The notes: generated from the sequence alone by a model not told the origin. A stretch of 64,000 nucleotides of DNA from Okamejei kenojei (GCA_035221665.1 CM069134.1:112716001-112780000); one strand, 5' to 3'. Counted from the first letter of the stretch, positions 1 to 13,799 are shown. Numbers and translations are program-made.

Positions 1-1050
1 CCAAACAATATATCTTTTGATTTGAAACATGTTTTTCATGTGTTACTGAGAGATACCAGTGTTTGCTATGTTGAATAATAACCAGTGTTGATTATCGGTT
101 AATTCACCGTAGATCAAATCTCTTAATTCAGTTCTGGACTAATAATATTTCCAGTAAAAGTGACTAAGTGAAGACTCATAGTTCAGATGTGCATGTAAAC
201 TGAATAAATCACAAGTAAATCTGAGCAAACACAGCAATGTACTATTGAGCAAAATATGTAAGTAAACACAAAATGTGTAAGTACCCCCAGAAGCTTAGGG
301 AAACAGTTGAAATGGGGCAGTGAATAATTTGAATATTGTCATTTTGAGCAACATGTAATTGTATTAAATTTCATTCACTTCTCTGATGATTAAATAGCTT
401 TGTTGTACTCCATGGATGGGAAAACTTCAGTTGTGTTTTGGATGCAGCAGGTTCCTAGTTAAACTACACAAGGAACACAATGAAAGATCTCCTAGCTCTC
501 TTCATTTATTCATATAAATGTAACCTATACCATTGAGGCTTCCATTACCTGCATGGTAGCAAGGATATCACTGAATAATTTAACAGTCTCAAACCAGGTA
601 TTGCAAACATATCAGACTATACCCTAAGCAGACTATATCCATGTGAAACAGAATAACACTAATAATAAATGGAATTATGTGAAAATAAAAATTCAATTTG
701 CATGGTGAAATTATCATGGCATTTTATTGGAAAGCCCAATGCAAAGCAGTTGGATTTTGCCACAGAGATTTGTAAGCTGCATCCTGGAACACAACACATG
801 TAGGGCACATAAGTGCTGAAGCATCTAGGTCAGTGCAATGACATCCAAATGTAAACAGTCCACCTTCGATATTGGTTCCTCAAGACTCTTTCACTCTTGT
901 GTGGTCTGCAAATGTTGTGGACCACTCATGCACAAGCAGGTCTTCAAAACAAATCTGGAGTCTAATTTAGTGGAATCTGCAGAGACTTTCTTATCAAGGT
1001 CTAAGCTTGTTACTTTGGAGCTTGTTAACTTGTTGAGGGAGATGCCTTTT

Positions 1051-2195
1051 AATAGAGTAACAGACTGATACAGTGTGGAAACAGGCCCTTCGGCCCAACT
1101 TGCCCACACCGGCCAACATGTCCCAGCTACACTAGTCTCACCTGCCTGTGTTTGGCTCATATCCCTCCAAACTTGTCCTATCCATGTACCTGTCTGACTG
1201 TTTCTTAAACATTGGGATATTCCCAGCCTCACCTACCTCCTCTGGCAGCTTGTTCCATACACCCACCACCCTTAGTGGAAAAAATTACCTCTCAGATTCC
1301 TATTAAATCTTTTCCCCTTCACCTTGAACCCCTACTGTGGCAAGAGATTATGTGCATCTACCCGATGTATTCCTCTCATTATCTTATCACCTCTATAAGA
1401 TCACTCCTCGTCCTCCTGCGCTCCACAGAATAGAGACCCTGCTTACTCAACCTCTCCCTATAGCTCAGACCCTCGAGTCCTGGCAACATCCTCGTAACTT
1501 TTCTCTGAACCCTTTCAAGCTTGACAATATCATTCCTATAACATGGTGCCCAGAACTGAACACAATACTCTAGATGTGGTCTCACCAATGTCTTATACAA
1601 CTGCAACATGACCTCCCAACTTCTATACTTAATACTCTGACTGTTGAAGGCCAATGTGCCAAAAGCCTTTTTGACCTCCTTATCTGCCTGCGACTCGACC
1701 TTCAAGGAACCATGCACCTGCACTCCTAGATCTCGCTGCTCTACAACAATCTCCAGAGGCCTACCATTCACTGTGTAGGTCCTGCCCTTGTTAGACATCC
1801 CAAAATGCAACACCTCACTTTTTGTTGTATTAAATCCCATCAACCATTCCTCAGCCCACCCAGCCAATCGATCCTGCTGCAATCTTTCACAACCATCTTC
1901 ACTATCTGCAAAACACCCACTTTGTATCATCAGCAAGCCCCTTTCATTGCTAATCATGCCCTTTATGTTCTCATCCAAACCATTGGTAGATGACAAACAG
2001 TAATGGCCCAGCACTGAAACCTGAGGCACACCACTAGTCACAGGCCTCCAGTCTGAGAAGCAACATTCCAACATCACTCTCTGCTTCCTTCTATGAAGTC
2101 AATTTGCTATCCATTCAGCTATCTCGCCTTTGATCCCATGCAATCTAACCACCCAGAGAAGCCCACCATGCAGAATCTTGTTGAATGCCTTACTG
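1051..2195 (-). mobile_element. CR1-clade (HER1-like) LINE, 5'-truncated: RT C-terminus plus 3' UTR
   Basis: ORF 1379..2077 has VTSGVPQ, FAD, EQRDLGVQVH, LYKTLVRPHLEYCVQFWAP, typical of CR1 RT. Confidence 0.93.
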
Positions 2196-3478
2196 ACACG
2201 TTGAGCTTTCTGATTGCCCGTGGTCTCCTTCAAAGTCCCCAGCAACATGGCCTCACCCTCTGATCCCATTCCTGCCTAGAACTCACGTATTCCAAACAAC
2301 TGTTTGTCAGCTCAGTTGTCCCCTCACTGATGACTCGGTATTCCAGTTTCCATATCTAGTCCTCATAACTAAACCACCTTCCTCTGGTCCTTTCTTCACT
2401 CAGAGTAGTGACGGTCCATGCATAAAACACACATTACCACACCTCTGATCACAAATCTGGCAAGCTGCCTCTGAACAATTTCAAGGGTCACGATGTTTTT
2501 ATTTTGTTGAGAAAAGGAAATCAAGTGTAAATAATGAAAGCACAGACACCTCAATCAAAGACAGACCTGTACACATGATGGATGAGTAATTGGAAATCAA
2601 TTTTACAATTACTTCACATCATTATACAATTGATTTCCTTCACTCAATTCTGTCCATCATGCCTCCTGTCTCCTACCTTTATCCTGTCAAAGCTATCACT
2701 GAAAAATATTAGCTTACATTAATTATAATTTACATTCTCAAATATTCAAAAAAACCACACACATCTTAAAACAATGAAACATGTGAACATGTCTACTCTC
2801 CGTTCTGCTGGCAGCCATTTATTCCCAATAATTTAATTGTGACTGTCATTGTGGTGCCGGTTTTAGCCAAGCACTGCTCAATAGGTAGATTTTGCAGACT
2901 CAGAGATGCCTTGTTGGAGTCTGTGGGAATCTACTGATGCAGCACTGAAGTATTCAGCAGCCCTGGAAGCCCAGCAGACAATGCCACCATTAACTCATGC
3001 CCTCACCAGTACTGCACTTTCCACAAGGAGATGTAGGAACCTAAGTGGAGGTTTGATCTCGCACATTTCTTTTCTGTGCAATTCATGAATCTGAAATACA
3101 AATGAAATGCCAAAAAGTAAACATGCATTTTTCATTTGTTGGTAAAATAATTGTAGCACTAGTAGACTTCTTTAAATTAGTAAAACTTAGAAGTCAGTTA
3201 TTTAAAAACATGAAAGCACCCTTTTTAATTTCCTTTGTCCTTAAATTCCCTTGTTTTAATGATATTATGCAAATTTTTGATAATTAACTTCTTGAGCTGT
3301 TGTAGTAAATTGATGCTTCATCTCTATATCTCTCGCATTTGCAACATAATCAGAACAGTACGAAGACTATTGGCTTTGCTCATTATTTCTTTACACTGCA
3401 ACCTGTCTTGAATTTCAATAAAAATTAAAGGACGATGATTCCATGTTCCCTTGCAAGGTGATGTGAATGTTTAGTTTA

Positions 3479-3765
3479 GAAACAGAAAATAGAAAATAGG
3501 TGCAGGAGTAGGCCATTCGGCCCTTCGAGCCTGCACCACCATTCAATATGATCATGGCTGATCATCCAACTCGGTATCCTGTACCTGCCTTCCCTCCATA
3601 CCCCCTGATCCCTTTAGCCACAAGGGCCACATCTAACTCCCTGTTAAATATAGCCAATGAACTGGCCTCAACTACCTTCTGTGGCAGAGAATTCCACAGA
3701 TTCACCACTCTCTGTGTGAAATATTTTTTTCTCATTTTGGTCCTAAAAGACTTCCCCCTTATCCC
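3479..3765 (-). mobile_element. CR1 LINE 3' end fragment
   Basis: aaataggtgcaggagtaggccattcggccc tail shared with copies at 6766, 39715, 43930 and 62955. Confidence 0.85.
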
Positions 3766-6765
3766 TAGTTTGGTGGATTGAGCAGCTCGTTTTCTCCTGG
3801 TTGGTGTTGGGTTTCTTGCAAGTTATTACAATGGTACGTAACAACACAGCTAGATGGTATTCCATCATTGAGAAGACTAACAGCGTATTTGTTGGAGAAA
3901 GGTTGCGGGGAGCAGGAATGTGGATTACTAATTGCAAAGTCCCCAGGCTCCGAGCACAGAAATCAATGATAAAGGGTGTACCAACTGTAATACCATTCAA
4001 TAATAAGGGTAGGTGATTATTTTCTCTATTGTTGAAATGGTCAATGACTGATGTCACTAATGTGACTTGCTTATCGAATCCAGTCCAAATATTCCCTTGG
4101 TTTTACTATATACACCGATGGACACTTTATTTTTCAAGATTTATGCATTGAAAATTAATAATATATGTTAATTATTGAAGGTAGACATTAAAAGCTGGAG
4201 TAACTCAGCGGGACAGGCAGCATCTCTGGACAGAAGGAATGGGTGACGTTTTGGGTCGAGACCCTTCCTCAAACTTAAATATCCCTGCATTTGACCTTAG
4301 GTTTGAATGAAGATCCTTGAAGTAAATAAAGATTGGCAATTTCAACAGTCGACATTTGCCACGTCCTAACTCTGGTGCATGGGTAGATGAAAGGTGGTCT
4401 GTCTAGTTCTATTCCTGCCTTTGGATGCAGTGTTTACTCTAACTGCTAGGAGATATGAGAATACAGTTAAGAGCCAAACACACACTGGCCAGACCTGGTT
4501 ACAGTGGATCAGTGAACTAGATCAGCTTTTACAATGATCTGAATATTTCAGAATTATTTCAAGGTTCATATTATGTAATTAATTGAATGTAAATCCCCAG
4601 GTATTATGCTAGGATTTGAACTTGTGTCTCTGGATTGTTATTCTCGTCCTCTGGATCAATTATCTAATACAGTAATTTTAAACCTTTGCCAATGTTCACA
4701 GAGAATATTTGGATTTTGTTAACAGATCTCAAGTGAAATTGAGATTATAAACTATGCACATTGAGTATTCTAATAGTATAGTTTGTGATAACCAAAAGAA
4801 TTGAGATCTGACTATTATTCAAAAAACAATTTGATAAGAACCTTGTTAATCTCACTGCCATGTTTATATTTGGTTAGCAACACAATTGTTTTTCAGTAAG
4901 GAAGCAAGCATTATCTGATCAAAACAATATGATAATTTTCAAATATTGTATTAATTAAGAAATCACTCTTTTATATATGTGTCAACTCTGAGTCTAAAGA
5001 AGGGTCCTGACCTGAAGTGTCAACTGTGCATTCCCTCCACAGGATGCTGCGTGAAAAAAAACTCGCTAATGGTCCCTCAGCATTTTGGGTTGTTTGCTCA
5101 GTTCCACATCTCAGTTTTCTTGTTTCTCTCCCCCGTTGGGTGGAGACCCGAGGGGGTCGCACGTATACTCAATGTTGCTGGGGCAGGAGCAAGCGTAAAA
5201 GAAAAGAACGGCGAGACAGAATAAGACAGAAAAAAACAAAATAAAAGAAAGGAATAGAAATGGTAGTGTGAGAAGAGAGGGCTGAAGCAACACGATAACT
5301 CGCTAAAAAGACAGGGTTCAATCTGATTCAGCGGTAAACGAGTTTGCATGGGCTGTGTTACTTGTTTGCATGTTGCGGTTGCTCTGTTAAAAATCCACTG
5401 CTATTTCCACATAGTGTACGACGGCGGGGTTAATCTTGAAGTATGTGCTATGTTATCAATGATTTCCCAACACACAGTAGTGTTTGACACTTTGGAAGAT
5501 GTGGGCAATGCATTAATATCAAACCAATGATTTGGAAACCGAATCACATGTTCTTGACCAGATAAAAGGCAGCGTAAGGATAGTAATGAATCACTAATGG
5601 TCACTGGTGTCTTCATTTCACTTCAGAGCGAGTGCTGTGAAATGAAATGGGGTTGATCATTTGAATTCTGCAATCTCTACCTTTTTCCAGTAAAAGAAAA
5701 GCCCTTTATATATATTATGAATATCCAAAGCTCAGTTAATATAGAATGCTGAAGACCTTTCAAATAAAGAAACGCATATTGCATTATTCAATCGCCTCCC
5801 AGCTGCTCGATTCTGGCCACAAGTATTGTTTAAGTTTGAACAGTGTTTGAAATGGACAGCTATTGGCCAGGCTGCATGCACTTTCCACTCAAATAATAAT
5901 AACATAATACATTTTTTTGCAAAGTTCATGATTGAAAGAAGCACCTGTAGTGTGGCATCCCTAATAATTGTTGCACTGGATTATGGGCTCGAATTTGGGC
6001 GTAGTGGGCGATGGGTCTGAATTTGCATCATCTGACAAAGCTCATGACAAGAGTTTATAATCTCAGATAACGTTTTTATAAGTTCCTTCATGTCATACTT
6101 AAGCAACTTATTCTTTCATAACAAGATTATTCAAATATGAAAAGGAAAAACCAAATTTAGATAATAACAGGGACATTAATTCGGACCACTGGGTTATATC
6201 ACATATATATGTCAAATTTGAACAAAACAGGCCATAAGTGGCAGCTGAATGGTTATTTACTTTTGTCAGGTAAGAGAAAAACCGCAAGTTAAATGAGGAA
6301 AACCAGGACAAAATAAAAACTGGACTTTCAGACCCTGTGACAGTCATAGTCCCATAAACTCCAGGCAAAATATGTGGAGATTATGAGGCAGCTAAAGTAT
6401 TTTATTATTTTACCTGGTTCTTGATTATTTATTGTCAGTTCATTTGAGTTAACATACTATTGTTGATGTAGTTTTATGATAATTAAGTTAAGCTAGCCGA
6501 GAGCCAAAACGTCACCCATTCCATCTCCCCAGAGATGCTGCCTGTCCCACTGAGTTACTTCAGCATTTTGTGTCTATCTTGGCCAAAATCATTTGTTGTC
6601 AGTGATATTTTGAAGAAATACCATCAAGTTAAGCTTGAAATAAGGGTAAATTATTCATCTAAAGAATTTAATTTATATATGAGACCTGCCATATGGAAAC
6701 TCATAAAAGCAAAATGCTGATGGGTATGTTTTTCAGTTAAAATTGACATATTTTAGACTGGTTCA

Positions 6766-7995
6766 ATAGACAATAGACAATAGATGCAGGAGTAGGCCAT
6801 TCGGCCTTTCGAGCCAGCACCGCCATTCAATGTGATCATGGCTGATCATCCCCAATCAGTACCCCGTTCCTGCCTTCTCCCCATATCCCCTGATTCTGCT
6901 ATCTTTAAGAGCCCTATCTAGCTCTCTCTTGGCAGAGAATTACATAGACTCACAACTCTGTGTGAAAACGTGTTTCATCGTCTCCATTCTAAATGGCTTA
7001 CCCCTTATTCTTAAACTGTGGGCCCTGGTACTGGACTCTCCCAACGTCATGTTTCCTGCCTCTAGCATGTCCAATCCCTTAATAATCCTATATGTTTCAA
7101 TAAGATTCCCTCTCATCCTTCTAAACTCCAGAGAATACAAGCCCAGCTGCTTCATTCTCTCAGCATATGACAGTCCTGCCATCTCTGGAATTAACCTTGT
7201 GAGCCTACACTACACTCTCTCAATAGCAAGAATGTCCTTCCTCAAATTAGGGGACCAAAACTACACACAACACTCCAGGTGTGGTTTCACTAGGGCCCAA
7301 CGCAACTGCAGAAGGACGTCTTTGCTCCTAGACTCAACTCCTCGTGTTATAAAAGTCTACATGCCATTCGCTTTCTGCCTGCTGTACCTGCATGCTTAAG
7401 GCCTGTCCCAATTGGGCGTCATTTACGCGCCACGCAGGTGGCACGGGAAGGTTTTGTGAATCCCAAAATCCTGGGGCGCCGCACGCGACCGCGCGTCACT
7501 GCCTACGCCACCGCGCCTCACCTTGCGCCATGGGCGCATAATGCACGCCATGCCCGTGTCACGACACGCGCGTCATACGTCGTGATGCGTAAATGATGTT
7601 GCATAAATGACGCGCAAATGACGCTCAAGTGGGACAGGCCCTTTACTTTCATTGACTGATGAACAAGAACCTCCAGATCCCATTGTACTTCCCCTTTTCC
7701 CAACTTCACACCATTTAGATAGTAATCTGCCTTCCTGTTTTTGCTACCAAAGTGGATAACCTCACATTTACCCACATTAAACTTAATCTGCCATGCACAT
7801 GCCCTATCACTTGATCCAAACCTGTCGCAATCTCACCTGCATCCTCATACATCTTACTCCACACAGTTCACACTGCACCCAGCTTGTGTGTATCTGCAAA
7901 TTTGCTAATGTTACTTTGAATCCCTTCATCTAAATCATTGATGTATTTTGTAAATAGCAGTGGTCCCAGCACCAAGCCTTGCGGTACCCCACTGA
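6766..7995 (-). mobile_element. CR1 LINE 3' portion, interrupted by a MITE
   Basis: ORFs 6940..7182 (GLSYAERMKQLGLYSLEFRRMRGNLIETY) and 7518..7775 (KCEVIHFG); short-repeat tail at 6766. Confidence 0.92.
7399..7642. mobile_element. PIF/Harbinger-type MITE inserted in the CR1
   Basis: TIRs aggcctgtccca.../...tgggacaggccct; TTA TSD at 7396-7398 and 7643-7645; removing it restores CR1 sequence acctgcatgcttactttc. Confidence 0.85.
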
Positions 7996-9199
7996 GCTAT
8001 ATTTCCTTTATAACATGATTGTACAGTTTTCGTGTAGCAATGAGTTGGTTCTACATTAATGGCCTGTATGATTTTCAGGCAACATATGAATGAATTAAAA
8101 TCATAAGTACTGGCATCCTATTGTGCCTTACAGTATATGTCGGTTGACTCAAGCACTCATCCATCTCTTCCAAGTATTAATGTATCGTAGGCACAGAAGA
8201 TTCAAAAATAAATTCACCAATTATGCCACCGGTTTAGTTTGACATCTTTTGTTTCTTAAGAATTCAGTAGTATGGTGCGGGTATGTTATGCCACCATGTT
8301 ATAGGTTTTTCTGTAATAAAATCTTGTGGTTTATTTAACACAGATATTTTTGTTGTTCAGAAGGATAGCTCCTCAACATCAATTAGGGTTAAGTAAAAGA
8401 TGCTTAACTCCACTGAGAATTGACACCAGATGATAATGAGAAGATTGAAATGCAAATCCATTTGATGCATAGATCCTTTCGTGCCATACCTATGTTACTT
8501 ATTATCTTAGTGTCCAATTGTGCATACATGATAAAAGCCTCATAGCGCTTCCCCAGTGACTGAGCTAACCTGCTGGATACTCGTTCCTTCAAAGTGAAGG
8601 AGTTTGGAAATGACTGATGAGTAATATTAAAATCTATAATCTATACTCTAGCTTTCGAACTGCATGATTTCGTCCTGTTTCATTCCAACTGGTTACTTGA
8701 CAAGCAACTAAAGGGTAGTATTAGATTAACATTGTTAGGAGCAAAGATACTCTAATCTTCAGAAAAGACAGCAAATATATACACCGTGAATACTGTCCTG
8801 GGGTGGGGTGTTGGCTCCACCTGAAACCTCGACTGGAGGGCAGCTCTGGAGAGCCATTACAGTCCAAAGATGGCCTTGAAAGTTGATAGGCAGCTTTTAT
8901 TATGTAGTTTCGGTATATGCCCAGCTTTGGGCAGCTTCTGTACTGGAATGAATGTAATCTGGACGAGCTGACTGACAAACATTACTGATGGCCACAAAGC
9001 AGGCAATGACAAATGAACAGGCCTATGAAATGACTATGAAAAGACAACTTTTTCATGTTCCACTGGGCCGCAGTCTCCACTCCAGGGTGGGATCTCGGTA
9101 ATCCTTGCAACACATTGCATGGTAGGTTGGCGCAGTGCCATAACCACATCAAAAGCTATCTGAAGCAATGACAATGTGGTCTAAGCGGTGCATTCATAG

Positions 9200-9855
9200 T
9201 ATCAGTTTATCGGTATTGTACTTTAATGTCATTTCACTGAGTACTTACATAGACAGAAGAAACAAAAAAATGTTTCTCAATCAGTTCCTGTCAGTGCAGT
9301 TAATAAAAGCAGAATAAATACATACAACTTTAAAATTAACCATATCTGAAATATCGACCACTAAAAAATTGAAATAAAAGCAGACATTCAGTGCGATATC
9401 AGTGGCTTTGCCTTGCAGGTGTCTAGCTGTCAAAGATATGGGGAGTTTAGATGTGTTGGTGTATGATGTATGGGGAGGGGACACAGTCCGTTAACCAGTC
9501 TTATTGCCTGTGGGAAGAAGCTGTGCAGTATCCTACTGGTTCTGCAGCTGATACTCCTGTACCTCATCCCAGATGGCAGAATCGAGAAGATGTGGTGTGA
9601 TGGGTGATAAGGGTCCTTAATAATGGAGATGGCACTGTGGATGCTGCGCTTCAGATAGATCTCCAACAGGAAAGGGAGTGGAGCACCTATGATCCTACTG
9701 GCTGTCTTCACTATCCTTCAGCTGTTTTTGTTCACAAGCCTTGCAGCTGCCAAACCAGGAAGTGATGCCGTAGGTCAGTATACTCTCGATGGTGCCCCTG
9801 TAGAAGGTCGTTAGGTGAACAGTAGGGAGGCCTGCTTTTCTTAGTCTCTGGAGGG
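9200..9855 (-). mobile_element. Rex1/Babar-type LINE 3' fragment
   Basis: ORF 9430..9711 KTASRIIG...IIKDPYHPSHHIFSILPSGMRYRSI...SFFPQAIRL. Confidence 0.85.
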
Positions 9856-10194
9856 GGTGGAGCCGCTGCTGTACTCATTTGATGACTGCTGTGATGTTGG
9901 TCGTTGAAAGATGGTACTTGATAGAAAGTAAGATATTGCATTCCAATTGTCATGCCTTGAGAAGCTTTTGCTTGCATAAAGATGGAAGCAGAACTTTCTG
10001 TTATTGGACATTGTTGAATGATGTGTCAGCATATTTCAAATGTATTGGGCTATCCCTCCCCTGCTGGAAAGGATGGGCTTTGGGTTCCTTGAGAAAGTCG
10101 TGTAGATTTGTAGCTGAACTCTCCCTCTTGCTTGGCATTTCATGCAAGCTTTCAAGGTTGACTTTTGCCACACAAAACATCTTGTGCACATCCA

Positions 10195-12120
10195 TCATAG
10201 AGTCATACAGCACAGAAATAGGGCCTTCAGCACAATTTGTCCATGTCAGCAAGATGCCCATGTATATAGTCCCATTTGCTCATGTTTGATCCCTATCCCT
10301 ATAAATTTGCTTATCATGTATCTGTCCAAATGTCTGTTAGATTTTGCTATTGTATCTGCCTCAACTGCTTCCTTTGACAGCTTGTTCCATATACATCCTA
10401 TCCTCTATTGAGGTTATACAGCCCAGAATAGGCTATTCAGCATAACAGTCCAGTGCTTATGGTCCACAAGCTTCCTTCCATTTGTTTACAAAGTCTATCA
10501 GCATAATCTACTATCCCTTTTTAGACATAGTTATACTGTGTTGAAACACCTTCCTGCCCACCTTTCCCACTCCGACCAACATGTACCATCTACACTAGTC
10601 CCACCTGCATGCGTTCGACACTTGTGCTATCCATATACCTGTCTAAATGTTTCTTAAATGTTGCGATAGTACCTACCTCAACTACTCCTCCGGCAGCATG
10701 TTCGGTACACCCACCACCCTTTGTATGAAATAGTTACCTCTCAGGCTCTTGTTGAATCTTTCCCCCACACCTTAAACCTACGTCCTCTGGTTATGGACAA
10801 GCGACTCTGTGCATTTACCCGATCTGTCACTCACATGATTTTGTACACCTCTACAAGATCACCAGTTATCCTCCCACATTACAAGGAATAGAGTCCTATT
10901 CTGCTCAATCTCTCCCTACACCTCAAGTCCTGGCAACATCCTCGTAAACCTTCTCTGTGCCCTTTCCAGCTTGACAACATCTTTCCTATAACACCAAAAC
11001 TGCATCTTTCCTATAACACCAAAACTGAACACAACACTCTAAATGCAACAACATCTTATATAACTGCAAGCGGACCAAGCGGAGGCTTGACTTTCGTTTC
11101 GCCGAACACCTCCACTCGGTCCGCAATAACCAACCCGAACTCCCGGTGGCTCAGCACTTCAACTCCCCCTCCCATTCCGTATCCGACCTCTCTGTCCTGG
11201 GCCTCCTCCACGGCCAGAGTGAGCAACACCGCAAATTGGAGGAACAGCACCTCATATTCCGCTTGGGGAGTCTGCATCCTCTTGGCTTGAACATTGAATT
11301 TTCTCAATTCTGTTAACCCTTGCTGTCTCCTCCCCTCCCCACCTCTCCCTCAGCCCTCGGTCTCCTCCTCCTCCTTTTTCCTTTCTTTTTCCTGCCCCCC
11401 CCCCCCCCCACCTCCCATCAGTCTGAAGAAGGGTTTTGGCCCGAAACATTGCCTATCTCCTTCGCTCCTTAGATGCTGCTGCATCCGCTGAGTTTCTCCA
11501 GCTTTTTGTGTACCCTTATATAACTGCAACTTGACCTCCCAACTTCTATACTGAATACTCTGACTGTTGAAGGCCAATGTGCTAAAAGTCTTTTTGACCA
11601 CCCCATCTACCTGTGATGCCACTTTCAATGAACTATGTACCTGCACTCCTTGATCCCTCTGCTCTGCAACACACCCCAATGCCCTATATTTTACTGTGTA
11701 GGTCCTGCCCATGTTAGTCTTCCCAAAATGCAATACCTCACATTTCACTGCATTAAATTCCATCAACTATTCCTCAGCCCACATGGCCAGCTGATCAAGA
11801 TCCTGCTGCAATTTTTGACAACCTTCTGATTTCCTTGTTTTAGCTTGCTCCTTAATTCATAAAACTCCTCCAGGAATACACTTGATCCCAGCTGCCTGAC
11901 CCATGCCCTCTTCTTACTCTTGACCAAAACCTCAATTTCCCTCGGTATTCCAGCTTCCGTATGTTGCTGCCTTGCCCTTCACTCTACCAGGGACGTGCAT
12001 GTCCTGAACTCTTGTCAGCACACTTTTTAAAACATCCCACTTTCCTGACGATCCTTTTCCTTCAAACATCCTACTCCTATCAACTTTAGTAATTTCCTGT
12101 CTCATTCCCCAAAGTTCTTC
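10195..12120 (-). mobile_element. CR1 LINE fragments (tail 10195-10410, longer copy ~10520-12120) with a nested PLE and a 25-bp tandem duplication at 10978-11027
   Basis: ORF 11350..11766 N-terminal part MEFNAVKCEVLHFG...QLYK is homologous to 1379..2077. Confidence 0.88.
11070..11514 (+). mobile_element. Penelope-like element 3' end: GIY-YIG C-terminus, pyrimidine tract and hammerhead-motif tail
   Basis: Hand translation TKRRL.FRFAEHLHSVRNNQPELPVAQHFNSPSHS...RKLEEQHLIFRLGSLHPLGLNIEF; exact 15-bp TSD cttatataactgcaa at 11055-11069 and 11515-11529. Confidence 0.88.
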
Positions 12121-12449
12121 CCTCCTGTGCATGTCCGGCCTCTCCTTAAATGCAACTATACTTTCCCACTATCTGTGGTGGAAATGTTCTCATTTTCATC
12201 AATTTGAAGTTCATCTGATTTCTTTTGAATTTTTTTGGTTTTATAATGCTGGACTCCAGTTGTGTTTTCCCTTCAAATGTAAACATTCTCTCGGCATCTG
12301 CACAATCAATGCCTTTCATAACTTTAAAGAACTTTGTTGAGTCACACCTTCATGTTCTTTTCTCAGGAATAAAGGGACCCTATCTGTTCACCATTGTGTG
12401 ACATATATGTATATCTATATCCTCATATTTGGTGATATCATCTCCATTA

Positions 12450-12697
12450 AGGGCCTGTCCCACTTTCACTTCCTAATTCACGACCTCTGCCGAGTTTGCC
12501 CTTGACTCATACCCGCAGCATGGTCGTCACAAGGACGTAGGAGATTGTAGGAGGTCATAGGTAGGTCGTAGCAGGCGGTGATGCTAGTCGTAGGTACTCA
12601 TGGCATCAAGTAGGTCGGGTCGTTTTTTCTAGCTTGATGAAAAATGTCCACGAGTAAACAAGGTTGTGAATTAGGTCGTGAAAGTGGGACAGGCCCT
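12450..12697. mobile_element. PIF/Harbinger-type MITE
   Basis: TIRs agggcctgtcccactttcac / gtgaaagtgggacaggccct; TTA TSD at 12447-12449 and 12698-12700. Confidence 0.87.
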
Positions 12698-12700
12698 TTA

Positions 12701-13012
12701 GGTTGCCTCAATGCTCCAGAAGCCCAGATTCAATTCTGACTGCTGCTGTTTATATGGAGTCTGCAAATTCTCGCTGTAACTACATGGGTTTCTTTACTGG
12801 TTCTCTGATCCTTCCATATCCGAAAGACCACTGGGTTGGTAAGTTAATTAGCAACTGGAAATTGTCCTTGATATGTGTGAATGGTAGAATTTGGAAGGGA
12901 GCTGATGGAAATGAGGTAAGAATAACATTGGATTAGTGTACAGTTAGTAATGGCTGCTTCATGGTCAAGGGGGACATGATGAGCTAAAGGCTTGTTTCTA
13001 TGATACATGACT
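12701..13012 (+). mobile_element. Diverged HE1/V-SINE-like SINE
   Basis: Reverse-complement similarity to the copies at 23170 and 48780; CR1-like 3' tail. Confidence 0.6.
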
Positions 13013-13299
13013 ACAGTATCATCATATAAAGAGATCTGTGCAATGTTTCTGAACATTGAATCTGTGGGTGTCACTCCAAGGACACACGTGTGCTCCAGGC
13101 CGCAGAGCCTGTGAATGCGTGCTTGTTGCTCAACAGTCTGTTGTTGCCAGTGCTGGTTGTGTATCACCTTGTCCTACAAAACACAAGCAAAGTAATGTAT
13201 AAACAATAATTGGTGAAAGTACTGAGCATGTCAGGCAGCATTTATAGTGAGACAAGTGGAATGCTCTTTTCTGAAGCTAGGGGATTGAAGGAATAGGAA

Positions 13300-13545
13300 C
13301 ACTTTGTCATATGTTACTAGGCACAGTGAAATCCTTTGCTTGCATACCGAATATATACAAATAGCAGCCACCTACGATGCTGACAAAGTTACAAAGCAAG
13401 CCGGCTCCTCCCCCCCCCCCCCCCCCAGTTCCACCACGCCGGGTCCCTATTGTCCTTTGTCCACCCCCCTATTGTCCTTTGTTCTTCCCACACCTCCCTC
13501 ACGGCAGTCCCCCCACGCCAGGTCCCCCATTGTTCTTCCCCTCCT
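13300..13545 (-). repeat. Unclassified non-autonomous retro-repeat with a C-rich body
   Basis: tttgtcatatg...acagtgaaa end resembles the Rex1-type tail at 50260; internal repeats of ccctattgtcctttgt and ccacgccRggtccc. Confidence 0.4.
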
Positions 13546-13799
13546 TGAAGGAAGTCTGTTAATGAATGTGTTCACTCTACCAGTGACATGCATGTCCTGA
13601 ACTCTTGTCAGCGCACTTTTAAAAACTTTTGTGTTGCAGTACGTAGAATATCTGGTCATGTGTAGAAGTGGTGAGCATTGAATACGAGGTTGTGTGCCAA
13701 GTTGGTGAAGGTGTGATTGGGCTTTGCAATTGATGAGAGATTAGTGTGGGTGAAGGATAGGCATGTGTTGAACAATTCTGGGCCTGGTAGCTGTAGCTG

